41,151 nt of DNA from Pseudomonadota bacterium (GCA_003228585.1 QIEJ01000185.1:1-41151); one strand, 5' to 3'; numbered from the stretch's first letter, positions 18,317 to 26,929 are shown. The notes: generated by a model from the letters alone, not told the origin. Program-made: numbers and translations.

Positions 18317-20350
18317 CTATGCCCCCCTGCCTGCCGTACCAAGCTTGATGGCATCTACCATGAGGCCCGCCACGTCCAGTACAAGTACGGTGGATTGGTC
18401 CCCCAGTTCCGCGGCTCCTGCCAGAGCGGTGATTTTAGCGAATGCCTCCCCAAGGGGTTTTATGACGATATCCTGTTTGCCGAGCATCTCCTGAACGGCC
18501 AGGGCCATAGTTCTGTGCCCTATTCCAATAATAACCGCGTAGACTTCTCCATCATCCTCACATCTCGGAAAATCGAAGATCTCCTCCAATCGAAGTAATG
18601 GTAAGGTCCTGTCCCTAAGGTTGATAACCTCCTTGCCCCGCATGGTCTTGATGTCCGCACCGGTAAGCTGGATGGTTTCATGGATCGAACCCAGTGGAAT
18701 GGCAAACGTCCTTTCCGCGCTCCTTATCAGGAGTGCCTGGAGGATGGCCAGGGTGATGGGCAGGGTGAGAGTGACCCTGGTGCCGTGATCCTTTACAGTA
18801 CTTACTTCAACAGTCCCTCCCACCTTTTCCAGTTCTCTCCGGACAACGTCCATCCCAACACCCCGCCCGGAAATCTCTGTGACGGTCTTTTTGGTGGAAA
18901 ACCCCGGTTTAAACAGAAGGGAGAGGAGCTCCTCGTCGGTCAAGGTCTCACCATCCTCGAGGACTCCACTACCAAGGGCCGACAATTTCACTTCCTCAAG
19001 ATCAATGCCCTGACCATCGTCCTGGACCTCGAGAACAACGTGGTTGCCCTGTTGATAGGCGGATAGCCTGACCAGTCCTATCTCTTTTTTCCCTTTTGCA
19101 CGGCGCACATCAGCACTCTCAATGCCGTGATCAACCGAATTGCGGACCATATGCAGGAGAGGTGATACCATTTCCTCCATAATCATCTTATCCAGTTCCG
19201 TATCCCCACCGACAAACTCGAAATTGATCTCTTTGTTCAATTCTCGGGCGATCTTCTTAGACACCCTCTGAAGCCTGTTGAATAACTGGCCCATGGGGAC
19301 CATTCGGATACTCATGACCGAATCACGCAGATCGATGAGTTTCTTTTCCATCTGAGTGTTGATCTTGTCCATCTCCAGGAGGGTTTCAGCCTGTCCCCCC
19401 TCGCCATCTTTTCTCATACGATCAGCAATGCTGGAAAAATTTGATCTGAGAAGCACTAACTCTCCGGCAAGGTTCATGAGGTAATCGAGTTTGACAATGT
19501 CCACCCTTACTGTGTTGCTGACGCCCCTGACCTCTTCCTCGAGATTGTCTCCACCTGTCCTGCCAACCTTCTTTTCCATGAGGGTTCCATCGGAAACAGA
19601 AGTGCCCGGATCTCTGTAATCGACCGCAACCAGATCGGTGTCTTCGGTTTGAAACCTGCCTCTTAACTCTTCTTCCGGCTTTCTGCTGGTAAAGTAGAGG
19701 AGAAAACCGATGGCTCCGTCCGGCCCACCCTCGGTCTGAGGCAGTGTGGTCAACAGCTCCCCGATCTCCTTGATGCCGTCACTGATCTGTTTGAGCTGGA
19801 CGTCAAAACTACGGAGAGAAAAGTTGCATGCCAGCCGGAAAAACGGGATCCTTTTCCCAATGTTATCCCTGAAACGGTGCTCTTCGTACTCTGAAAGGAT
19901 CTCGGCCATTCCCTCGGGAACATCAATGTGAGCGTACAGGTCCTCAGAAACAGTGTGCTCCCGGTTCTGTACTACGCGCTCCAGATCCTTTAAGAATTCC
20001 TCCGTGCTGACTGAAGCATCCCCTTCACCCTCTGCAACAGCATGAACCATCCTGATTATGAGACGTACGCCATCGGACAGAAGTTCCACGACCTCATCGG
20101 AGAGCGCCACCTTGTCCAGGCGAAGGGAATCGAGAAGGCTTTCGACATGATGAGAAAGTGAACCGAGATTCTCCAGGTTCAACATGCTCGAAAGACCTTT
20201 CAGAGAGTGGGCATTGCGGAAAATGGCGTTGATGATATCCGGTTTCCGATGATCGTCCGGAGAAAGATCCATCAAAAGAACGATAGAACTGTCCAGGTCG
20301 TCCAGAATATCCTCTGCTTCGGACACGAAATCTTTAAGGGATTGATCCAT
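18317..20350 (-). CDS. cheA: Chemotaxis histidine kinase CheA
   Basis: 677 aa: Hpt (FRNAHSLKG), dimerisation/HATPase (HMVRNSVDHG, VQDDGQGID, SGRGVGMD) and a C-terminal CheW-like domain. Confidence 0.93.
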   Translation of the reverse strand: MDQSLKDFVSEAEDILDDLDSSIVLLMDLSPDDHRKPDIINAIFRNAHSLKGLSSMLNLENLGSLSHHVESLLDSLRLDKVALSDEVVELLSDGVRLIIRMVHAVAEGEGDASVSTEEFLKDLERVVQNREHTVSEDLYAHIDVPEGMAEILSEYEEHRFRDNIGKRIPFFRLACNFSLRSFDVQLKQISDGIKEIGELLTTLPQTEGGPDGAIGFLLYFTSRKPEEELRGRFQTEDTDLVAVDYRDPGTSVSDGTLMEKKVGRTGGDNLEEEVRGVSNTVRVDIVKLDYLMNLAGELVLLRSNFSSIADRMRKDGEGGQAETLLEMDKINTQMEKKLIDLRDSVMSIRMVPMGQLFNRLQRVSKKIARELNKEINFEFVGGDTELDKMIMEEMVSPLLHMVRNSVDHGIESADVRRAKGKKEIGLVRLSAYQQGNHVVLEVQDDGQGIDLEEVKLSALGSGVLEDGETLTDEELLSLLFKPGFSTKKTVTEISGRGVGMDVVRRELEKVGGTVEVSTVKDHGTRVTLTLPITLAILQALLIRSAERTFAIPLGSIHETIQLTGADIKTMRGKEVINLRDRTLPLLRLEEIFDFPRCEDDGEVYAVIIGIGHRTMALAVQEMLGKQDIVIKPLGEAFAKITALAGAAELGDQSTVLVLDVAGLMVDAIKLGTAGRGA

Positions 20351-20358
20351 TGAATCGA

Positions 20359-20428
20359 GTTCCAGGTTTCAGGTTTAAGGTTTCAAGTTTCAAGTCAGGA
20401 CAAAGAACAAAGTGCGAAGTACAAACGC
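20359..20428 (-). repeat. Ten-unit heptanucleotide array immediately upstream of the cheA start
   Basis: Plus strand: gttccag|gtttcag|gtttaag|gtttcaa|gtttcaa|gtcagga|caaagaa|caaagtg|cgaagta|caaacgc, beginning 9 nt from ATG 20350. Confidence 0.7.
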
Positions 20429-20502
20429 ACGTCATTGCGAGGACCCTGAGTCCCGCCTTTGGCGGGATCGAACGGTCGAAGCGGTTTTCCTTTGCACTTT
20501 GT
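20407..20502. repeat. Family-B element, copy 1 (hairpin core bracketed by a 13-nt inverted repeat)
   Basis: Core 20431..20475 gtcattgcgaggaccctgagtcccgcctttggcgggatcgaacgg contains the hairpin cccgcc-ttt-ggcggg. Flanks are acaaagtgcgaag (20407..20419) and ctttgcactttgt (20490..20502), 12/13 complementary. The core recurs at 40771..40815. Confidence 0.75.
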
Positions 20503-20524
20503 ACTGGTTGTTTGGCTCCTGTTT

Positions 20525-20896
20525 TCATTCGCCAAGCAATTCTTTCACAAAACCCTGAAGCTCCTCCGGGTCAAAGGGTTTTATTACGTAACGGTCCGCT
20601 CCGAGTTTTAACCCTCTTTCCCGGTCGACATCCCGACCTTCGGTGGTGACAATGATCACTGGAATATGTCTGAACTGTTCGCTATGTTTGACAAATCGGA
20701 CGACCTCGAGACCGTTGATGTCCGGCATGTTAATATCAGTGATAACCAGATCAGGTACGATTTCGGGAAGTTTACGCAGTGCCTGGAAACCGTTGGCAGC
20801 TTCAACGACCGTAAAGTCTCCCAAGTCCTCCAGGGACGTGACGATCAGGGATCTCGTCATCGAGGAATCTTCAACTACCAGGATTTTTTTCGCCAT
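20525..20896 (-). CDS. cheY: CheY response regulator
   Basis: 123 aa: ILVVEDSS, LVITDINMPDINGLE, IIVTTEG, IKPF. Confidence 0.9.
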   Translation of the reverse strand: MAKKILVVEDSSMTRSLIVTSLEDLGDFTVVEAANGFQALRKLPEIVPDLVITDINMPDINGLEVVRFVKHSEQFRHIPVIIVTTEGRDVDRERGLKLGADRYVIKPFDPEELQGFVKELLGE

Positions 20897-20935
20897 GATT
20901 CAGCTCCTAAATCAACGAACTTCAGACTGCACATA

Positions 20936-21032
20936 ACCACAGAGGACACAGAGAGCACAGAGAAAAGCTGAATTTCCTGGGTAAGACAAAGTTCTTCCTC
21001 TCCCAACACCTAACCTCTGTGATCTCTGTGGT
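20936..21032. repeat. Family-C inverted-repeat element, copy 2
   Basis: accacagaggacacagagagcacagag ... cctctgtgatctctgtggtt, in the same orientation as copy 1. The central ~45 nt are unrelated to copy 1. Confidence 0.8.
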
Positions 21033-21046
21033 TCAGGCCGTTCCAG

Positions 21047-22798
21047 TTAGCTTCCTCCCTGATCTTCCCTGAGCTTCATCTCCAGAAAGGCTCTGTCCAG
21101 GGCCAATCCTGTGTGGCTCAGGAAAATATCCATGCTGCTTGTCGGCGCCAGACCCGCCCGCTCGGGAAAATCATCGGCATAAAGAATAACCGCGACCTTT
21201 CCCATGGTGATAATGGGACCTATGTAGATTTCATGAGGCTTGCCGCCGCCGAGTTCCTCGAAAAGTGCCCTCTCGATTTCACTGTCGGATGGAGCACCCC
21301 GAAAACTCTGTTGAGTCTGAATAACCCTTGAAAATACGGAGTCATCACACGAAGAAATTACCAGGGACCGGACGGCGGAATCAGCATCCCTTCCTTCGCC
21401 GAGATGGACACCGAATTGGCCCAAACCCTTGATGTCAATTTTTCTTACGAGAAAAAGAACGGCCCTGGAAGCGATCTCCGAGGCGAACCTCAACGCAAGG
21501 AGGGTAACCTCAACGCTGACATCTTTTCTGTTGAGTTCGGCCACATAGAAGCGCAAATTTGCCATGGCCGGATCGTGCAATTCCCGGGCTTCACTTACAA
21601 CGCCTTCCTCCAGTCCGTCGAAGGGAAGATCCAGGCCCTCAAGGTCGTCCGACAGTTCCTGCTGTATATCGTAATACTCGACCTCCTGGAGCTCGACCGA
21701 CTCATCCCGGCCTGATAATACGTTCGCAAATGCCGCTACTCTCTCTGCCCAGGGAACGTCCTCCTCTTCGCCCATCTTTGAAGCTTCCAAGGGTATAAGA
21801 GTTACACTCTCAATGCCTGACAATTTATTCTCAAGTTCGGGGGAAACATCACCTCTGTGCAGAATTACCGCAGGCAGATTGAATCCCAGATCCCAAAGAG
21901 TAGACAGGATGTCCAGCGCACCGAAAATCATTCCGTCCGTGATCCCTCCAACTTTCAGGTCAGTAACAATCAGGGGATAAATATTTTCGGTTCTCAGTTC
22001 CTGTATCCGTGTCAAGGCAGGGGCTGCACTCTCAAGTGCACAAACTTTGATATCAACTGATTCCAGCGCCCTTTTCAACTCAGCTTCCCGTTCCTGATCT
22101 TCAGAAACCAGAACAATAACTCTATCTGTTTTCTCCGGCAGCGGTGGCTGGATATCCGGAATATCAAATTGGGTTTTGTCTTCCTCACCCGGCATTTCGT
22201 CAAGGTCAAGTTGGAATTCGATAACATTATCCTGACCTGGCTGACCTTGCTGCTCGGGTTGCAATATCTCATTCGGCGAGGCATCCCTGACAAGTTCATC
22301 CTCGCGTCTGGCACCCTCCATAACCAGAAACTGGGCATTGATCCCTTCTTCAAGAAAGAGGGGTTTCATACGATTCAGTGCGGGATGGTCACCCTCACTG
22401 TCGATCAACTGAAAACTGAAAGTCCCCTCCTCCCAGAGAAAAAGAGAGAACATGATCTCCTCGACTCTTTTTTGCAGGACTTTTTCGAAGGAATCTGTCG
22501 GAATATTCAGTTCACTACTCACCAGCTCCTTCAGATCTTCTATCCTTTCACAGGTCTCCAGGCGTCCCTTCAGTGGTTTCAACTGTGACATATCAAGAAG
22601 CCCATGATGGACCAGAAGACCCAGCAAACCATCCTTTTCCCCGGAACGGCCGGCATAAAGTATCATCCCGTTCCGGATGTATACATTCGCCCCTCCCGCA
22701 GGGCCCTCGAGACGAAGAAGTCCGGACCGTCTGCTGAGACTCACAATCTGAAGAATCTCGCCCAGAGAAAGATCCTCCAGCTTGCCCACCAGACTCAT
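21047..22798 (-). CDS. DUF4388 (PATAN) - receiver-like - GAF-like multidomain protein
   Basis: 583 aa from ATG 22798: MSLVGKLEDLSLGEILQIVSLSRRSGLLRLEG (DUF4388 signature). The middle is REC-like (RVIVLVSEDQ...YPLIVTDLKVGG). The C-terminal ~170 aa look GAF-like. The ORF-track start at 22996 would overlap the upstream gene by 139 nt. Confidence 0.6.
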   Translation of the reverse strand: MSLVGKLEDLSLGEILQIVSLSRRSGLLRLEGPAGGANVYIRNGMILYAGRSGEKDGLLGLLVHHGLLDMSQLKPLKGRLETCERIEDLKELVSSELNIPTDSFEKVLQKRVEEIMFSLFLWEEGTFSFQLIDSEGDHPALNRMKPLFLEEGINAQFLVMEGARREDELVRDASPNEILQPEQQGQPGQDNVIEFQLDLDEMPGEEDKTQFDIPDIQPPLPEKTDRVIVLVSEDQEREAELKRALESVDIKVCALESAAPALTRIQELRTENIYPLIVTDLKVGGITDGMIFGALDILSTLWDLGFNLPAVILHRGDVSPELENKLSGIESVTLIPLEASKMGEEEDVPWAERVAAFANVLSGRDESVELQEVEYYDIQQELSDDLEGLDLPFDGLEEGVVSEARELHDPAMANLRFYVAELNRKDVSVEVTLLALRFASEIASRAVLFLVRKIDIKGLGQFGVHLGEGRDADSAVRSLVISSCDDSVFSRVIQTQQSFRGAPSDSEIERALFEELGGGKPHEIYIGPIITMGKVAVILYADDFPERAGLAPTSSMDIFLSHTGLALDRAFLEMKLREDQGGS

Positions 22799-22857
22799 GG
22801 TTGGATCGATCACGTTTCTGGATCTCTCCGAGGCGGAATTCTGGTCGTTTTCGCTCT

Positions 22858-23586
22858 TCAACGTCCCTCCGAAAGCCTGTCCGCCAAGGCCTGGGGAAGC
22901 CCTTCCCTGTGCATCTTTTCCTGAGTCTCTGACACATCGTACTTGACACGGACCAGGGAGAACTCGGATGTTTCGGTATCCAGAAGACCAAAACATGCAT
23001 CAGGATTACCATCTCTGGGTTGCCCGACACTACCGACATTTATCAGGTACCGGCACCCATCTTCCACCACCAGTTTGTCCCCGGGGACAACGGCCACCGA
23101 TCCCTCCGGATCCACGCCCACCATCACCGGCTGATGTGAGTGTCCGACAAAGCAGAGTGTATTATCAAAATGGGTAAAGTTCTCCTCCGCGTCCCATAAT
23201 GTAAAAATGTATTCCCACTGATCCGGGAATCGCGGACTGGCGTGTACCAGGGTGATTCCATTCCTTGTCTCGATCATGGGAAGGGAGATCAGGTAACTGG
23301 ACAGGTCAGCCTCCAGTTGTCTGGCGTTCCACTGGATGGCATCTCTGGCATTGGAGTTAAAGGAGTCCGAATCCATCATACCGACGGCGGCAAAATCGTG
23401 ATTTCCCGCAACGGCGACATCCGCATTATTAAGCACCCAACTGGTGCACATGTTGGGATCAGGACCATATCCCACAACGTCTCCGGCGAAATAGATGGAA
23501 TCCACACCGAGTCCGTCTATCTTCTCGCAAACCGCATCGAGAGCCTGGAGGTTGGAATGGATATCTGAAAGGATGGCGATCCTCAT
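22858..23586 (-). CDS. Metallophosphoesterase (YfcE/MJ0936-like)
   Basis: 242 aa with ILSDIHSN, GDVVGYGPDP, AGNHD and VGHSH. Confidence 0.8.
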   Translation of the reverse strand: MRIAILSDIHSNLQALDAVCEKIDGLGVDSIYFAGDVVGYGPDPNMCTSWVLNNADVAVAGNHDFAAVGMMDSDSFNSNARDAIQWNARQLEADLSSYLISLPMIETRNGITLVHASPRFPDQWEYIFTLWDAEENFTHFDNTLCFVGHSHQPVMVGVDPEGSVAVVPGDKLVVEDGCRYLINVGSVGQPRDGNPDACFGLLDTETSEFSLVRVKYDVSETQEKMHREGLPQALADRLSEGR

Positions 23587-24122
23587 GGACCATGTCCTGA
23601 TTCCAGGGATTCCATGGCATCCCCATCCATTTCACTGTTAACATACACAGTCCTTGCTTCAGCCAGCAGTTCGGGTGACGGAATAAACAGGGCGGCATTC
23701 TTCAGGGGCGTGTCACCGAGCTTACCTACAGTCAGAGAGAAGTCGTCTATGACCGACATATCCATGTTTTCCGAGACCGGTATCCCCTCACAACCCACCC
23801 TCTTAGCTTCCATACCAAGAGCAGCCATGAGCCCGAGCCTGTAGGTCTCCTGTCTGAGATCCAGGGAAAACTTTTCCTGTCTCCCGAGCCCCATGAGCAC
23901 CAGGTATGGAAATGGCAGTTTTCCCAGGGTAGGGAGCAGCGCCTGCCCCCCAAATTCAAGCAGGCTGGATCTCGCCTTCCAAAGGTTGCTAATGGAGGCG
24001 TTAAACATCCAGTCCAGGTAGGCAACTGTCCCAGTAAGGGGCCTTATATCCGAGAAATGACCCAGAATCAGGACATCGCCTCTGTATTTCAGGGGATCAC
24101 CTCCCCTTAGATGCAGGTTCAT
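23583..24122 (-). CDS. Hypothetical protein (weak resemblance to the M17 aminopeptidase N-terminal domain)
   Basis: 179-aa ORF with 4-nt overlaps to nusB upstream and the phosphoesterase downstream. I recognise no catalytic motif. Confidence 0.5.
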   Translation of the reverse strand: MNLHLRGGDPLKYRGDVLILGHFSDIRPLTGTVAYLDWMFNASISNLWKARSSLLEFGGQALLPTLGKLPFPYLVLMGLGRQEKFSLDLRQETYRLGLMAALGMEAKRVGCEGIPVSENMDMSVIDDFSLTVGKLGDTPLKNAALFIPSPELLAEARTVYVNSEMDGDAMESLESGHGP

Positions 24123-24538
24123 TCAGTTCTCTCTCTATCCAGATCGTACCTTATTCTGTCCAGTACGCCGTTAATAAAGTTCCCGGACTCCTCCCCGCCG
24201 TAATTTTTCGCCATCTCGATAGCCTCGTTAAGCACCACCCTTGCGGGGGTATTGGGATGAGCCATCATCTCATATGTTGCCAGCCTCAGGAGATTCCGGT
24301 CCACAACAGCCATTCTCCTCAAGTCCCACTTGAGGGACGCGCTGGCAATGAGGTGGTCGATCGCTTCCCTCTTGTCCCAGGCTCCGTGAACAAGATCTGC
24401 AATAAAATCCCTGGAATCGGCCTCCAGATCAGACCAGCCATCCAGGTCCCTGCAGGCCGTTTCTGGATCGCCGGGATTAATATCCAGACCATAAAGGATC
24501 TGAAGAGCCATCTCACGGGCCCTGCGCCGCGTCCCCAT
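24119..24538 (-). CDS. nusB: Transcription antitermination factor NusB
   Basis: 139 aa: RRRAREMALQILYGLD..., RMAVVDRNLLRLATYEM. It sits downstream of ribH, as is typical. Confidence 0.9.
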   Translation of the reverse strand: MGTRRRAREMALQILYGLDINPGDPETACRDLDGWSDLEADSRDFIADLVHGAWDKREAIDHLIASASLKWDLRRMAVVDRNLLRLATYEMMAHPNTPARVVLNEAIEMAKNYGGEESGNFINGVLDRIRYDLDRERTE

Positions 24539-24547
24539 CGGGGAAAC

Positions 24548-25018
24548 TTAGAGTTCCCTGATGAGGTTGACCATTTCAATCGCCCCTGAGGCTGCCTCAA
24601 AACCTTTGTTCCCGACTTTTGCACCTGCCCTATCCACGGCCTGCTCCAGGCTGTCGGCAGTGATTACCCCGAATGTAACGGGTATCCCCGAATCCAGGGA
24701 TACCTGGGCAATGCCCTTTGTTACCTCCGAAGCAATAAAGTCGAAATGGGGGGTCTGTCCACGTATCATGGCTCCGAGACAGACTACTGCGTCCACACTT
24801 CCGGCAGATACCACCCTTTGAGCGGCCAATGGCAGCTCAAAGGAGCCGGGAACCCTGTACACAACGATCTGGTCCTCATCCGCGCCGTGTCTAACGAGGC
24901 AGTCAACGGCCCCATCGATGAGCCTGTCAGTAATGAAATTGTTAAATCGCGAAGCGATGACCGCTACCCTCAGCCCCTTCGCGTCCAGTTTCCCTTGTAC
25001 GGTCCGGTATGCAGCCAT
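24548..25018 (-). CDS. ribH: 6,7-dimethyl-8-ribityllumazine synthase
   Basis: MAAYRTVQGKLDAKGLRVAVIASRFNNFI... The start at ATG 25018 has GGGAGG 6 nt upstream. The ORF-track TTG at 25036 precedes that RBS. Confidence 0.9.
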   Translation of the reverse strand: MAAYRTVQGKLDAKGLRVAVIASRFNNFITDRLIDGAVDCLVRHGADEDQIVVYRVPGSFELPLAAQRVVSAGSVDAVVCLGAMIRGQTPHFDFIASEVTKGIAQVSLDSGIPVTFGVITADSLEQAVDRAGAKVGNKGFEAASGAIEMVNLIREL

Positions 25019-25043
25019 GAACATCCTCCCTTTCAAGGGCCGG

Positions 25044-26246
25044 TTATATCTTCCCCAGAAGATGGCCCATTTTATCCCTCTTGGTCTTAAGATATCCGAT
25101 ATTCTCTTCCCTGGCGGTAACCTCTATGGAGATGCGTTCCACCACCTGGAGCCCGTAACCTTCCAATCCAACGATCTTCTTGGGATTGTTGGTCAGTAGA
25201 TTGATCTGTCTGACTCCCAGATCGACCAGGATCTGCGCCCCGATGCCATAATCCCTGAGATCAGGCGCAAACCCCAGCTCCAGGTTGGCCTCTACAGTGT
25301 CCTTGCCTTCGTCCTGAATCTGATATGCTTTGAGTTTGTTGGCAAGTCCAATACCCCTGCCCTCCTGACTCATGTATAGAAAAACCCCTCTCCCCTCCTC
25401 CTGGATCATCTTCATGGCATTTTCCATCTGTTCCCCGCAATCGCATCTCAGGGAGTGAAAGACATCACCTGTGAGACACTCAGAATGCACTCTGACAAGG
25501 GTCGGAAGGTCGGGATCGACATCTCCAACTACCAGTGCAACATGCTCCTGGCCGTCAACCTCGTTGCTGTAGGCATGAGCGGTAAAATCCCCGAAACGGG
25601 TCGGCAGTTGTGCTATCGCAACTTTCTGAACCAACCGTTCGTGCCTCATCCTGTATCTGACGAGATCCTTGATGGTCACAATCCTGAGTCCAAAACGCCT
25701 GGCAACCACCCTCAGTTCGGGCATCCTGGCCATTGTTCCATCATCGTTCATTATCTCGCATATCACACCGGCGGGTTTCATTCCCGCAAGCCTTGCCAGA
25801 TCAACGGAGCCCTCGGTCTGGCCGGCACGAACAAGGACACCTCCCTTCCTTGCTCGAATGGGAAACACATGGCCCGGCCTGACCAGGTCATCGAGTGTGC
25901 AGGTATCGTCGATGGCAGTGAGAACTGTCTGGGCGCGGTCGGAAGCCGAAATCCCTGTGGTAACCCCCTTTCTGGCCTCAATGGAAACCGTGAAAGCTGT
26001 TCCAAGCTTAGCCGTGTTATCGGTAACCATCTGAGGCAGATTGAGCTGTTCGCATTTCTGCTCGGTGAGGGTCAGACAGATTAATCCTCTTCCATGGAGG
26101 GCCATGAAGTTAATTATCTCAGGGGTGACCATCTCGGCGGCAACCATAAAATCACCCTCGTTCTCACGATCCTCATCATCCACCAGGATAATCATCCTGC
26201 CGGCCCTGATATCATCAAGGGCCTCTCCAATGGTGGAAATGGGCAT
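25044..26246 (-). CDS. ribBA: Bifunctional 3,4-dihydroxy-2-butanone-4-phosphate synthase / GTP cyclohydrolase II
   Basis: 400 aa: DDEDRENEGD (DHBPS) and RVHSECLTGDVFHSLRCDCG (GCH II zinc site). Confidence 0.93.
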   Translation of the reverse strand: MPISTIGEALDDIRAGRMIILVDDEDRENEGDFMVAAEMVTPEIINFMALHGRGLICLTLTEQKCEQLNLPQMVTDNTAKLGTAFTVSIEARKGVTTGISASDRAQTVLTAIDDTCTLDDLVRPGHVFPIRARKGGVLVRAGQTEGSVDLARLAGMKPAGVICEIMNDDGTMARMPELRVVARRFGLRIVTIKDLVRYRMRHERLVQKVAIAQLPTRFGDFTAHAYSNEVDGQEHVALVVGDVDPDLPTLVRVHSECLTGDVFHSLRCDCGEQMENAMKMIQEEGRGVFLYMSQEGRGIGLANKLKAYQIQDEGKDTVEANLELGFAPDLRDYGIGAQILVDLGVRQINLLTNNPKKIVGLEGYGLQVVERISIEVTAREENIGYLKTKRDKMGHLLGKI

Positions 26247-26256
26247 AACAACCTCC

Positions 26257-26913
26257 CTAGTCAGCCAGAAAGCCGGAATTAATCAGTTTCTCGAAGGTGA
26301 GTCCGGAATCGCTTTCGGTATCGGTGATCGACTCAACAACAGATCTGACGTATTTTAAAATCAAATCGGGTTCCAAATTAACAGAGTCACCCTGCCTTTT
26401 CAATCTTAACGTTGTCTTTTCAAAGGTTTCCGGGATGATGGCGACTTCAAAGCGGCTCTTTTCACAGCCCGATATTGTCAGGCTGATGCCATCAACGGCA
26501 ACGGAACCCTTCTGAACGACAAAGGGCGCGAAATTTTCTGAAAATCCAACAACAAGAGAAAGCGATTCCCCTTTCCGATCCAGGGCCAGAACGGTGCCTA
26601 CAGCCTCCACATGGCCGGACGCGAGATGTCCTCCAATCCTGTCACCGAAAGCAAGGGCCCTTTCGAGATTGATTTTCCTCCCGCCCCTGAACGTTCTCAA
26701 TGTCGTGATTTCCAAAGTCTCCCCGGATGCAAAACAGGAGAAATGTCTATCACCAAGATCCTCTACAGTCAGACACACACCGTCAACACAGATACTGTCA
26801 CCTGGCTTGGTTCCTTCCAGAACAAGACATGCCTCGATGTCCAGCCGGCATCCGCCTTCCACACGCTGTATTTTCATTAGCTTTCCGACTTCCTCAACGA
26901 TTCCGGTGAACAT
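26257..26913 (-). CDS. ribE: Riboflavin synthase alpha chain
   Basis: Start at ATG 26913 gives the canonical MFTGIVEEVG, with a GAGGT RBS 8 nt upstream. Internal duplication (second-half VDGISLT). Confidence 0.9.
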   Translation of the reverse strand: MFTGIVEEVGKLMKIQRVEGGCRLDIEACLVLEGTKPGDSICVDGVCLTVEDLGDRHFSCFASGETLEITTLRTFRGGRKINLERALAFGDRIGGHLASGHVEAVGTVLALDRKGESLSLVVGFSENFAPFVVQKGSVAVDGISLTISGCEKSRFEVAIIPETFEKTTLRLKRQGDSVNLEPDLILKYVRSVVESITDTESDSGLTFEKLINSGFLAD

Positions 26914-26929
26914 CGGTTTTACCTCATAA

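Noticed and set aside
22799-22996. The N-terminal 66-aa extension of the DUF4388-REC-GAF ORF.
   Set aside because: It overlaps the metallophosphoesterase gene by 139 nt. The DUF4388 signature starts right at Met 22798 (MSLVGKLEDLSLGEILQ).
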